Assembly (NCBI GenBank): GCA_001643675.2
Contig: LSRY02000009.1
Location: 1,798,001 to 1,862,000 of the forward strand
Reading direction: 5' to 3'
DNA length: 64,000 nucleotides
Source of the DNA: Monocercomonoides exilis PA203
Taxonomy: Eukaryota > Protista > Preaxostyla
Shown here one piece after another: positions 48,764 through 61,900 of this stretch; position 1 is the stretch's first letter, and every line of letters starts with the position of its first letter. The notes beneath the pieces were generated by a model that ran no database searches, had not been told where the DNA came from, and saw only the letters and a list, made by a program, of their open reading frames with translations. The position numbers and the translations under genes were made by a program.

Positions 48764-50364
48764 CAAAAGAATTAAAAGCACCGTCAAATATCTAATAAAA
48801 CAGGATTCCAAACCTCTTTTGCCATCATGATTTTTGCTTCAAAACAAGCAAATCATAAAGAAGAAATACAGATCTCCAAATCGAACAATTAATAAGGGTT
48901 CACAACCCATAATTTTATAAGGTGAAGATATTTGATTGATGATATGATGCGGTTTGAGCAAATTTGAGCGTTTGTTCGTAAGGCTACAGATGCAACCATG
49001 CGAGTTATAGCATTACAGAAGAACAGGAACTTTTCTTGCAGACGGAGGAGAGAGTGGCTGTTTGCATCGATTGCTTGCGAAAAGTGAATTTGTGGGGGAA
49101 AATTACATGAAATTTGAACGTGGTGAAAAATTGCAAAATGTGTGGCATATCGTCAAATGCTATATTTTGAATGAAAAATGAATAAAGCAAGATACAAAAA
49201 AAGCGATTAAAAAGCAAGAAAGATTGAATTGAACCGCTTTGTCATTTCAGGGAAGTGCAGTGTACTTGGCATATCATTTGAGCAGGATTTGTTTGACGTA
49301 GTTTTTGGGGAGAAGGTTGGTTTTGTGGAAAAGGAAAGGGAATGGGGGGTTGGACAATGGAGGAAACGAGTTGAGCAAAACACTCAGCAGGCCTCAACAA
49401 CAATGACATTTGCATTTTGCACTAAGCAAGTTGGAAAGCTATCAGCAAAGACTTGTCGTTGAATTGAGCTTTGAAAAGGAGTTCTTTTCTTATTTATTTG
49501 GAGAGTGTGTGTTTTCATCTGATATCATGGCCAGCTTCACAAGGGATTCTCAACATTCGATGATGTTCTATGCCAGGCATTTATTCTCCAGTTGTCTGTT
49601 TTTTTAAATGTGGCAAGAGGCTATTTTGGAGAACAAGAAACCAATTGGAAAGATAATTACCAATCCCTTGGAGATGGGAAAATTTTTCAAGACCAAAAAG
49701 ATGGTTTGACTTTTTTTGTTTTGCTCATTTTTCTTTTAAGATGTTCTTTGAATGAATACAGATTGGCTACGAACAGGAGTGCAACGAAGAGAGAGAGAAG
49801 CCATTTTATCCTTTTTCAAAAGATCCAGAAGTTTATGAGATTATTCTTGTTTGTATTGCATTCAACGACAGCGTTCGTGACTTCTGCCATCTGTTATGCA
49901 TGCTTCATCATCGATTAACTCATCTTCTCCTTCGCATTCATCGGCATTTCAAAGAATCGTTTGATGGAAACAGCCATTTTTATGCTTTAATGGCAGATTT
50001 ACAATACTGGTGAAATATGCAGAATTGGGTGAATAAAATGTGAAAAGGATTCCAGAAACTTTGAATTGGAATCAAAAATAGGAGGATTTCCAAAAGGAGA
50101 AGAGAAAACGGAGAGAAGATGCAGCAATGGACTGGAAAATAAGAGGAAAATGGTTGTGAACAAGAAAAGTGGACATGAAGAAGAAGAAGAAGAAGAAGAA
50201 AAGAAAAGAGAGAAAGAAGAAATAAGCTATTTTTTTGAAAGAAGAATATGACATTTTCTAATGAATGACATGAAAGAAGATAAGATATTCGACATTCTGA
50301 GGAAAGAAAGTAAAGAGAAAGAACTTTGCCAGATTTTTTTGGGAAAGAGAGAGAAAGCGAAAGA

Positions 50365-50462
50365 GAGAAAGAAGAGAAAGAAGAGAAAGAAGAGAAAGAA
50401 GAGAAAGAAGAGAAAGAAGAGAAAGAAGAGAAAGAAGAGAAAGAAGAAAAAGAAGAGAAAGA
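50365..50462. repeat. 9-bp tandem repeat (AAGAGAAAG) x ~10
   Basis: Read directly from the sequence. Confidence 0.93.
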
Positions 50463-51949
50463 ACTGTTTCTTTTGAAGATTGCTCCGCTTTTCATGAAGC
50501 GAAGATGAAAAATAAGCCAAAAGAGAAGAAGAAGAAATATCAGATGTTGGATTTAAGAAAAGAAGAAGAAGAAAATGTTTGAAATAATTATTCCGGCAAA
50601 CGCCCTCAAAGATAAAGAGAAACGGGGAATTTAAAAGGGTGAAATAATGAAAATGATCATGAGAAGGAAAAGAAGCAGAAAGATTAAACAAAAGCGGAGA
50701 AAATCAAGCGAAGAGAGATATTTCTCCGGATGCTGCTAATTCTCCGGATGTGGTTCTAGAATATTTACGAGCAGGATTTTGAAGATATCAATGGAAGAAG
50801 CGAAGGAAATAAAGAAGACAGAGAAAATAAAGGAGATAAAGGAGATAAAAGGGACAAAGGAAAAGGAGAAAGAAGGAATATAGCAAACAGATGATTTGTC
50901 AAAAGAGGAACAGAATTTGACAGAGAAAAGAGAGAAGGGAGAGAAAAGATTGAACTGATAAAGTTGAAGAAAGAAGGAAAAAAATGAATGGAGATGAGGA
51001 AAATTGTGAAAAAGAGAGGGAAAAATGGAAAAGATTAAGAGAAAGATAAACAAAATGTATTTTCATATTTCTCTCAACCAAACAACATTTATATGCACAG
51101 AAAAATGCATTTCTTTTCCTTTTTCAAATTGCAATTATAATTATCATCATCATCATCATCATCATTGCATTCATTTTTTCACCTTCTCCTTCATTTTATT
51201 CTCCTTCCACTTCTTCTTTTTTTTTTTCTTCTTCTTCTTCTTCTTCAACTTCTGCTTCTTCTTCTTACTCATAAACATTACCATCATCAACATAATCTTC
51301 TTCTTTTTCACCTTCTCCTTCTTCATTGTCATTTTTTTCTCCTTCCATATCCACTTTCTTCATGTCCGGATAATCGAATTTGTGAAAGTTTCCCCCCACC
51401 GTAGGCACAAGGCGGACATTTCCATGCGGCTCTTCTTCAGCACTTTCAAAGAGAATGTCTGCAAAATACACAAAAAGACATCAATTTCTCCTTCAGCTCA
51501 GCCATCAGCTGTGCATCTGAAGTTTCGCTTTTTCATTCAGATCGAACGCCAAGCGCTGTTTGTAGCGTGTTTTTTTGTTTGTTTCAGGAGTGAGAATCTT
51601 TGAAAAGCAAACAAGAAGTGGAAGAGGAAGAAGAAAGGCAGAAATGAAGTTGAATTTGTAGAGGAGGAAGAAGAAGAAGAAGAAGAAGAAGAAGAAGAAG
51701 AAGGCTGAAAAGAAAGGGGAGATACTGAACCTGCTGAATCTTCCATCCGATTTGTATTTAAACACATGTTATTTGATGAAGAAGCTGAAGCCGACGGAGC
51801 AGTTCGAACAGTTACGTAACTTTCTTCCCCTTCACCCCCAGTTCTGTCATAATCTTCCATTCTTTCTCCTTCTCCTCCTCCTCCTTCTTCTTCTTCTTCT
51901 TCTCCTTCTCCTCCTCCTCCTTCTCCTTCTCCTTCTTCCATCTCATCAT

Positions 51950-51982
<33 letters not shown>

Positions 51983-52199
51983 TAACTGAAACAGCCCACT
52001 GGTCTGCTTCTCCAGTCAGGATGCGAAGATGAGTACCAGCTGGAGATGAACAGTCACAATCATTTCCATTTTTATCAACATCATAGACTTCTTCTTTTTT
52101 GCCGTCTTCTTTTTTTTCAACTGGAGCAGCATGCAGATCTGCAGAAGAAATAGAAGACATCGAGAGGCGGCTGGAGTGTATGAAAATCAAAAAAAGTCG

Positions 52200-52955
52200 T
52201 AACTGAGGGAGCAACAGACGCTTCGAGGGATATGTTGTTGCGTGACATTGCTGGTTGCATTGTATGGGGGTGTTGTGTGTGCATACGATGTGGCGCTTTC
52301 GGCGATGCTTTCGGTTCCGCTGGTGGGGCCGCTTCCGTCACTTGCAGCGTCTGTGGGAACGAAGCCAGAGGGAAAGCAGAATTTTGTGTCGGCAGATGTG
52401 AATGCGTTCCCATCGATCAACAAATCTGTTTGACCCATCGCTGCTGCCGTCGGCGATAGCGCGGCTGGTGTCGCGATCGTCGCAGTTGAAATATTTGGTG
52501 ATGAAGCTGTACGACGATGCGATGTGTCGAGGAGTTGCAGTGTGCGAAGGATAGAGGAGGGAGCGGAGAAGGGGCTGGATGCGGTGGGGTTGAAGATGGA
52601 GAATGTGCTTTTGATGAAAGCAACGATTGCACAGGAGGTGCTGGAGGAGCGAGAAGAGGAAGAGGAAGGAGAAAAGGGAGGCAAAGATGGAAAAGAAGAT
52701 GGAGGGAGAGAGGGAGGTGATGGAAATGAGGAGAAAGGCGGGTATCCGACAGCGCACAGAGAGTTTGTGGAGAAAATCAAAGAGAACCAGGGGAAGCTGG
52801 AAGAAGCAATGGCGCTGCTGGTTGTGGAGGCGCTTGGGCTGAGTGGGCTGAGGTTTGTGAAGGCAGAGGTTGAGGTGGGTGCAGACAAGCAGCATTCAGT
52901 TGAGCCAGAAGTGTGCAGTTCTTCTTCATCTGATGGCATTCAGCAGGAGATTTAA
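52200..52955 (+). pseudogene. Decayed fragment paralogous to 1330-1790
   Basis: Same similarity as described for 1330-1790. GC-rich, with frame disruptions. Confidence 0.55.
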
Positions 52956-54521
52956 AGAGAAGAGGAGAATTGGACTTCAGCAGTGCGCAGATTTATGATA
53001 GTGCAGCCGTTCCATCAACCAGAACAATTGCGTGTATTTCAGAGGAAGTTGTTGGCTTTGATTTTGGGAGCAAAACATTACTTTTGACTGTGAAAGTCGG
53101 TTGTTAAATTCAAATGTAATTAAAAGTTCATCTCATTGCAGGTGTTGTAGGGTTTGTTGAATGATATCAATCGTCTTGGATTGCTTTGCAAACTGCTTCA
53201 TTTTCAACTGAAAAAGACGAGCTGACAAGTTAAGATCTGTGTGTTAAATTGGATGAAAACCAATAAGGTTTGAAGGAGAAGAACGAAGAATGTGAGGGAT
53301 TTATTGTGAAGAAATGATTTGCTCAGATGAATATGATTTCAATGAGGGCGAAGGAGGAAAGGAGGGGAAAAAAAAAGAAAATTTGCTATGAGAAAGAATA
53401 AAACACATCTCCATTCAATAAATGATGAACCTGAGCATTTTTGTGATGAAAGCAATAGAATGAAGAGCTGAATGAACAATTGCAAAGTTTGGCTTTTCTT
53501 CAAAGTGAATTTTTCATTTTCAATAGAAAAATCAAATTAGATTTGGTGAAATCGAATAAACATATGAATTTCGAAGTGTATCACTTTCATTTTTGATAAT
53601 TTTCCTTTGAAACAGAATTTCAATTGTTGAAGTTGAGCTTTTAAATGCAACTAATTTTTTTTTCATTTTTCATCAAAAACTTTTCTCATGTTTCATTTGA
53701 GATATTCGCATGCAACTTTTTTGAAGGAAATATATTCTATTTTTTTTCTTTATGTGGAATTTGAAAGGAAAAAAACTATAAATTCACAATTATTTTCATT
53801 TGGGACAGAATTCTTTCGTTTATGAAAAATTCAATGACTTGTTCCAAACTTTTTCTGTAATTGAAAAAAATAATATTTCTGACATTATTGTGCAATATTA
53901 AATTTTGAAAAATTAAAAATCGAAAAAAAATCCTGAAAGAACCGAGTGATGCAAAATTCATAAATAAAAAAATCTCGTTTCATTTCTTAGCTTGATAGAA
54001 ATGCACTGACAAGATATGATTTTGTAGAAATGATATAAAAGTCAACAACAAAAATAATATCAAAGGCTTGTTATCATTTGGTTAGCTGTTTTCTATATCT
54101 TTCTTTCAACTTTTCTCTGTAGTTTCCTTCAATCTCTTCTCAAACTTAATTTCTATCCACTTTTCCTCACTTTTCCTCTTTGTTCTTCTTATTCTCTTCA
54201 AAACTTTCTTTCTCTTTCTCTTTCTCTTTCTCTTTCTCTTTCTCTTTCTTTCTTCTTCTTCTTCTTCTTCTTCGACAACTTCATTAGCTGACTTATAAAT
54301 AGCCATGGTAATAAGCACAAATGAAGAAGAGCAAAGAAGGAAAACCAATACGAAGAAGAAGTTTTTATAAGGGGTTTGCATGAAAGTTTGCAGTTCAATG
54401 AGAATTTAACAACTTCTTTTCAATTGGGCTGTTTTGTGATTCAAAGAAAAGCAAATAACAAAATGAAGAAATATTGAGAAACCTCATTTTCATATTTTAA
54501 AACTTCTTTAAAGCCTATCCT

Positions 54522-55984
54522 GGCAAGTGCACACTTAACCTTACATGAAAATTTTTAAATATTTTATATCAAAACAATAAAAAATATTATTACAAGCAAT
54601 TATCAATTCAAATTAGTAGCGGAAAATCGTTCATCAAAAATGAAAAATTATTTGAAAAGATCAAAAATACTTTAATTAAAATTTTTTATTTGTGCACAAA
54701 ATATGGAAGTTTTGTTGATATGAGTATTTGAAACAATAGGAATCGAATGTTTATTAATTATTTTTTCACCCATGACCCTTGTTCCTGATAAGAAATCAGA
54801 TGTTGCTGATTATAACAAGCTTTTTCAAGATTTAGTAAAGAGTTGGGAGTGGTTCATTCAGATAATCAACTTTAATGAAACGAAAAAATTCCCATCTTGT
54901 AGAAGATATATGAAACTAACAACAGTTGATGAAACAAATCGATCATAGAGATATTCAGCAAGTAACAAATTCATTTCATATTTGAAGGAGACATCTTTTT
55001 ATCGAAGTCATATCAAAATCAACTCCATTTTTCTTATTCTTTTGCATTTCTGGTTAAAAATTCGAATTAATCAATGCTCATATTTGACTGGAGTTTGTCG
55101 AAATACAGTCGGCTATTGGTATTCTGTTGCAAGAGCATCAATTGGAATTCGAATGTCGAGTGCGAGGTTTATTCTTGGAGGAGAAGGATGTATTGTGAAA
55201 ACAGATGGAGCAATTATGAGAAAAAGAAAGCTCCACAAAGGGAAAAAGAAGTAACAAATTTGGCTTTTTGGAGTAGTGGAAAGAAAAGAAAATGATGAAA
55301 ATGGAAAATGTTTAATTATCAGAGTTCCAAACAGAAAAAAGGAGACTCTGATTCCCATCATTGAAGCCAACATCCAGAAAGGAACAACGATTAACAGTAA
55401 TGAGTGGTGGTGTGAATATGTGCTTGAGTGAATTAGGTTACAAACATCAGACAGTTTGCCACAAATACGAATTCAAAAATACAGAAACAGGAGTAATCAC
55501 AAATTTGATAGAAGGCTGTTGGTCTCATTTCAGAAGATCACTGCCTCCTTGTGGAATCAAAGAAAAGTTCATTGATGATTATATTGCTTCATTTTTGTTT
55601 CAACGAGAAAAAGAAATGCCATTCCCAGAATTTGTGAGGAATGTTGCTAATTACAAACCCACTGAAGCTGCATTTCCCCATGACTATGATGATGGAGAAG
55701 GAGACGATGAAGCAGATGTTCCCCAAATTGAGCAGGAAGCAGTTGAAATTCATAAAGAAGATTACGACGATCCTGGAAATGGAGCAGATGCTAGTGAATA
55801 TTCTGAATCTTAACATTTTTGATCATTTTCAATAATAATTATTTATTTTTTTCAAACACTTTTATAATTGAAATAGCCAAAACCATCAATTATTAACATG
55901 TTATTTATGCATTACGACAATTAATAAATAAAAACAAAGTCGTTTGAATTATTTTTGGCTTGTAAGGTTGAGTGAGCATATGCC
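54522..55984 (+). mobile_element. Complete but inactivated Merlin (IS1595/ISXO2-like) DNA transposon, 1463 bp
   Basis: 24-bp TIRs GGCAAGTGCACACTTAACCTTACA and TGTAAGGTTGAGTGAGCATATGCC match at 20/24 and start with GG. Perfect 8-bp TSD CCTATCCT at 54514-54521 and 55985-55992. Confidence 0.93.
54772..55813 (+). pseudogene. Merlin/ISXO2-like DDE transposase pseudogene
   Basis: Motifs LGGEGCIVKTD, RKRKLHKG, WLFGVVER, VPNRKKETLIPII, GYKHQTVCH, TGVITNLIEGCWSHFRR. Stops at ~54946 and 55252-55254, and a frameshift near 55400. Confidence 0.9.
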
Positions 55985-56101
55985 CCTATCCTTCATTAAA
56001 TTTTGCTTTGAAGAACAATTAACGAAATATCCAAAAAATTCTATTTCAAAGGAAAGAAAATAAAAGAAAATGGAAGAAAATTTTGGAAATGAAATTTTTT
56101 T

Positions 56102-56134
<33 letters not shown>

Positions 56135-56135
<1 letters not shown>

Positions 56136-57167
56136 GGTGAGTCACAACTTTAAGTAACATTCAGAAACTCGTTTTTTATCGGATTTTTTGTGATAGAATG
56201 ATTGTATATCAAATAATAAAACATGCAAGGTGTGAATTTTCCATTTTCAAAATACTTTTTTTTCAATGAAAAAAATAAAAATTTACAGTGGGTCTGATCA
56301 AATGGATTTTAAAAAATTTAAGTTGAAATCAACTTGTAAAAGGATTATTTGAAAATTTTTATGGAATATGAAACTTTTATTTTTATTTTTATAAAGAATA
56401 ATTAAACAGTTTGCAATTTATTCAAATACATAATATTTTGTTTTTTCATTTTGCGCAATCATTGAAACACACGTTTTTGATGTGTGAAAAAGTGATTCAT
56501 TAATTTAAACATAAACCCTATTTATAAAAAATAAACAAAAATTAAGTACAAAACAAAAACCTCATATTTCGATTCGAGAAAAAACTCTAAAGCAGAATTA
56601 AACCCTTGAAGTTCATTTTCACGAATTTTTATTCCTTAAAAAAGTCAAAACCAAACAAATAAGTACTTAAAATATCTTTAATTCACTTGATTTGAATTGT
56701 TAGGTTTTTTTAACAAATTAATTTGAACAAACCATGAAAGTGCAAAAAATCGTTCAATTTGCAAATATAAAAATATATAAAATTTGTTTGATCAAAATTT
56801 TAACATGGTTGATCCTTTTTGAAATCAAACTTTCGTTCGAGTTTTGATCAAAAATGATTATCTCAATGGGTTTTTTATAAAAATTTGTTTCTGCAATAAC
56901 AACTTCATGAACAATATGTATTATCAGTTAAAGAATAATTTATCGAAATCCCTTTAAGAAAATTATATTGATCAAAACTCTAACAAAATAATTTCAAAAA
57001 GGATCAGCCATATTTTCGAAATTTTTATTTTATTTGTTAAAAAAAAATTTATCTAGAATAAAAATACACTCCCAGCTTTTTATGTAATATTATATTAAAT
57101 CATTCTATCACAAAAAATCCAAAAAAAAAACGAGTTTCTGAATCTCACTTAAAGTCGCAATTAACAG
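56135..57167. mobile_element. ~1030-bp non-coding TIR element (MITE-like) with ~75-bp TIRs
   Basis: actttaagtaacattcagaaactcgtttttt..ggattttttgtgatagaatgatt at the left end is mirrored at 57095-57160. There is an extra internal inverted pair (~56804-56826 and ~56990-57012). No TSD resolved. Confidence 0.8.
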
Positions 57168-57171
57168 CATG

Positions 57172-57245
57172 CACCAAAAATATTTCAAAACAGAAAAACT
57201 TTCAAGCAAAGTCGAAAGTTAGAAAAACTTCAAATTTTCAAAATA
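57172..57245 (+). mobile_element. Left end of another CACC-family element (related to 15436-16292); right end not found
   Basis: caccaaaaatatttcaaaacagaaaaactttcaagcaaagtcgaaagttagaaaaacttcaaattttcaaaa matches 15436-15550. Confidence 0.75.
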
Positions 57246-57905
57246 CGGGTAAATACGCGCTTTCAAGCTTTTTTTTGCACAAGACACTGAAAAATTGCTT
57301 CATTCATAACTTTATTTTACTTTCTCAGAATTCGAAAAAATTTTAATTTTTATATCCTAAAATAGACATCGTTGAAATCAAAACATGAAGTTTTCAAAAA
57401 TTTCACGAATGTCAAAAAATAGACACCTTTTTATTGTGTTTTTTGATCTCAAAAAGTCAACGAGAAGTACATAATTTTTCTATGAAAATGCATGAAGAAA
57501 AATATTTTCTCCCTACAAGTGATAATATCTGAAATCACAGATTTTCAGTGAGATAACGAAAATTGTTTGATTATGTCGAAGCATAAAAAGGTTGTATTTT
57601 TGAATGTTTTTGTTTCAAAATATAAAGAACAAAAGATTTAATACAGATTTCTTATTATCAAGTTTTTGATATTTCACTTTCACTGTCATCTTTTGAAATC
57701 AAATTTGATCTTCAATGATAAAAACTGTTTTTATTGAATGAAAATTAAAAAAAATTTTTTCATAATTGAACTTTCATTTGATTTTTTATCAGAATTTTTT
57801 CCTCCATGTTCGTTTCGAACAATGTTTTTTGTTCAAGAGGCAATAAAAAAAACAGCACTCTTATGGTTTTTCACATTCTTTTCACATTAATATTCAAATA
57901 AATTA

Positions 57906-57941
<36 letters not shown>

Positions 57942-58254
57942 ACAAAACAAAACAAAACAAAACAAAATAAAAAAAAGTGTGATTTCAAAAAGGTTCAATG
58001 AAATTTTTTATTAGAAGAATTGATTGTATCATATTTATTGGGTAAAAAACAATAAATAATTACAAAAAAACGAAAAAAATAATAAAAAATAAAAAAATAA
58101 AAACCAAATTCGAATCCAAATACAAAATAAAAACAAAAACAACAACAACATAAATTATATATAAAACAGGGCCAGAAATTTTTCATTTTTGAAAATAAAT
58201 ACGATTTGTTCCAAAATTTTTAAAAAACCCTTAATATGAAAAGTCCATCATTCT

Positions 58255-58800
58255 CATCAAAAGTTTGGGACGAAATATATTGCTTTATGAATTTTGTTCC
58301 ATTCTGAATATTTGAACAGATTTCTCAATTTTAGAATTTTTCTGTCTTTTTTTGGCACGGGAATGAAAGACTTATAATGATAAGGTTGGAGAAAAGTTTG
58401 GTACAAATTGTTGTTTTTTTCATAAATGGGTGATTATTTTTGAAAACATATTTCTTCAATCAAAAATTTCGGTTAGATAATATCCCTCGAATATAAAAAA
58501 AGAACACCAAAAAATAAAAAGTCTAATAAAAGATAACAATCTCTTTATTTGTGATTAAACTTTTGTTATAAAAGCATTTGTGATGAATTTTTCATTCGAA
58601 CACAAAATCTCTTCCCAATGACAAATCATCTTTGAAAAAACAACACACCGAAAAAAGTTATGAAATCAAAAATAATCACCCAAATGAAAAAAATTTGCCC
58701 CATTTGTTCTGAAAAATTATTAAAATGAGAAAAACATTAGAAAATATTTCATTGAATACAATTCATAAAGCAAGAATATTTGTTCCAACTCATTTGAACT
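58255..58800. mobile_element. Degenerate foldback/TIR element just upstream of the surface-protein gene
   Basis: Nested inverted matches: ttgctttatgaatt with aattcataaagcaa, and gggtgattattttt with aaaaataatcaccc. Confidence 0.65.
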
Positions 58801-58921
58801 TTTATAGCGATATAATTATATAAAAAATTTGCCATGTTGTTCTCAATCAAATTTTTATTTGGTTAAAACTGAATTATATTTAATTATAGTTACATGATCA
58901 AAACATTGGATTGAACCGAAA

Positions 58922-61900
58922 ATGTTTGTTATAATAGCACTATTTGCAAGCTCTTTTTCAAGCTCAATTGAAAATAATCAAAGTTTTTCGGAAAGAGAAC
59001 TTGTTGCTGAAAGAGGAAGCGTTCAAGAAGCACCAATAACAATTGTTTTTATTTCTAACAGAGGGGATGATTCGAACCCCAACTGTGGAGTCGAAGCCGA
59101 ACCATGCAAATCGGTTGCAAAAGGAATTGAAAGACTTGGAGATGATCCAGGGGACAAATCTATTAAAATTGTTGATTTTGCAGAGATTCAATATGAATTT
59201 TTATTTAACAAAGAATTCAGCTTAACAATGGATTCAGGAGTAGACAGCGACACCAGAGGAATGCTTGATTTTGACTTGAAAGATCTCGTGGAAAAAGGAA
59301 AGTTCCATATTATAACGAAAAAATTTTAAAATTGGAACATTTGACATTTAATCTAATTTTATCCCAGACTGAACAATCGTCAACAGAAACAGACGAGGAA
59401 TCGGCGATTATTCTTTCTAGAGGTTTTGACGGAGACTTAACAATTTGCGACTGTGGTATTTGTCTAAACAGATGGACAGAAGATTTATTGCCTTTTTCTG
59501 TATTGAGTGTCGTGGAAGGGAAAATCTCAATTGACAAGTTTTATTGGATATTATCATCAAATTTCAAAAACTTTAACGGAGAAATTTTGCATATTTCTGA
59601 AGATGCCACTTTACAAAAATTGATTGGCTTCGAATTTGGTGAAGCTACATTGAACAAAGAATGCGCTTTGAAACTTCCATCATCGTTTACACTGGAAGGT
59701 TGTAACTTTGGCTATGCTAACAGAAAAACTGCGGGCCCTGCGATACTTGAGGCTAAAAGCGAGGAAAACAAAAAAGTTGAGATTTCAATTTCAAAATGCT
59801 CATTTACTTCAATATCGCCTTTGTCAGAAATGGGAAGCAGCCTTTATTTTGAAATGATGCATCCAGAGAGTGAGCTGAATATCATTGATACAACATTCAG
59901 CAATGGGAATGCTACAAAAGGAGGGGGAATGATGATTGGGATGACGAAAGGGAAAGTGAAACTGGAAAACGTTGAATTTTCTGGCTGCGTGGCCACAGAA
60001 GGAGGAGGAGGGCTGTACGCACTTGAGTTGACGCAAATGGCAGGATTTGAGTGCAATAATGTGAAGTTTGAAAGATGCACAGCGAAGTCTGGAGGCGGAG
60101 TTTATTTGACTTTGGACGAAGAGAACATAAAAGGTGACGGAATCTTTTTTAAGAATTGCTTCTTTGCGAAAAATGAGGGCAAAATAGATGCAAACGACGT
60201 GGCTATCCTCTGCAAGGGGGATTCTGAGATGAACAAGAATCCTTTTGATGCAGCATGCATTAGCTCAACGAAGAAAGAGCGAGTTGTCGTGAAAAGGCCA
60301 AGCACCACATCAATCATACACGATGATTGGCTGACTTACAACTCATTTGAAGTGGATGTTGACGCTATTAACGGAGCTGATGATGATGGTTGCGGCAAGG
60401 AAGGGAATAAGCCATGCAAAACGATGAAAAAGGCGATTGAGAACAGTCTTACGGGGAGGCTGTTTCACATTTACACGACCAAAGATTGCAACAAATACGA
60501 TACCGAACCAATTACTATAGAAGGACGCGAAATTGAGGTTTCAAGCAGAGATACCAACAAAATCTCCATTACGACAGCTCTGGACGAAACGAAGGTGCTT
60601 CCGGGTGAAGGAGTTTTCAACCTGAAACAGCAAAGCAGTCTTCTGCTGTACGAAACAGAAATCAATGTGGACACGGCGAGAGCAAGCGGAAGAAGCAACG
60701 GGCTGATTGTTACAGACGGCGACGATGCATCAGCCCAACTTTGTGATGTTAATATCACAGCGACTGATGAAAAGCAAGAGCTTAATTGCGCTTTGATAGA
60801 ATGCAAGAAGGGGACATTATATTTAGTTACCGTAACCGTCGAGAACTTTATTTCTTCGTCTGCAATTATTCTTTGCGAAGCAGCAAAGAAAATTAAATTC
60901 TTCGGCTTTTTGCTCAATAAGCTGTCTGTCAAAAGCGCAACACGGTCTGTTGTGACTGTTTTGGAGGGATGCGAACATGTTTCTGTGACAAATGGCAGAT
61001 TTCTGAACTGCTGGTCGGTGGAGCACAAAATCGGAGGCTGCATATATATGGAAGTTGGAGACAGCACCAATGAATTTTCAGTTTCGCACACAACTTTTCG
61101 AAATTGTTCTGTCAGAAATCCAACGAATAATGAGGAAGTGAATGCATTAGACAGAAATGAAGAATCAAAAGGAGGAGCGATTTTTGTTCGAGTCTCCGAT
61201 GGCGTTACTGATCCAGTTAAATTATCATTAGAAAATTTGAATTTTGTTGATTGTGCGGCAAAAGAAGGAAAATATGTTTTCTTGTCACTTCCAGTTGGAA
61301 GAGAGCAATTGAAAGATGAACTCTTTATATTTGAAATGGAGGAGATTTATGGAGAGCCGAATGACATACTTTTGGAAGAAAGGAAAGGCGATGAAGCAAA
61401 TATTATCGATCTTTTAACGGACGAAGCTAACAGACTGCCATATCATTCGAGCAGGATCTTTGTTGGAGGAGAGAAAGCAAGCAACGAAAAGAGCTGCGGA
61501 AGAAAAACAGAGCCGTGCGATCGAATTAGCACAGGAACAAAGCACAATATACGAAACGAGGCATTTATGATGCTTTTTATAGGAATGGTTTCAGTAGACG
61601 AACCATTTGAAACAAAGCAGTCAATGACATTCGCTTCAGCACCTGATTCATCTTCGTCTTCATTGTTAGCTGCAGAGCCGAATCGCGGAACGCTTCATGT
61701 TGAATCAAAGATATACGCAGGGAAATCGCTGGCAGTGTTTGAAAACTGGCGCTATTCTTGTACATTCAGGCATGTTGATATAGAATACCCAGATGCGGTT
61801 GAAGGAGAAGCACTGGATTTGATTTTCACACAAAATCAATTGACCATCATTGATGTTGTGCTTAGACCGTGGTATACTGAGCTGACAGGAGAAAGCGTCC

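Noticed and set aside
49000-52200. Short ORFs among purine-rich repeats
   Set aside because: Low complexity with no supportable gene model.
52232-52459. Cys-rich ORF as a zinc-finger/RING protein
   Set aside because: The Cys spacing fits no motif I recognise, and the true frame of this decayed region is unclear.
59310-59335. Programmed -1 ribosomal frameshift
   Set aside because: No correctly phased X XXY YYZ heptamer or evident downstream structure. Homopolymer error or an intron is simpler.
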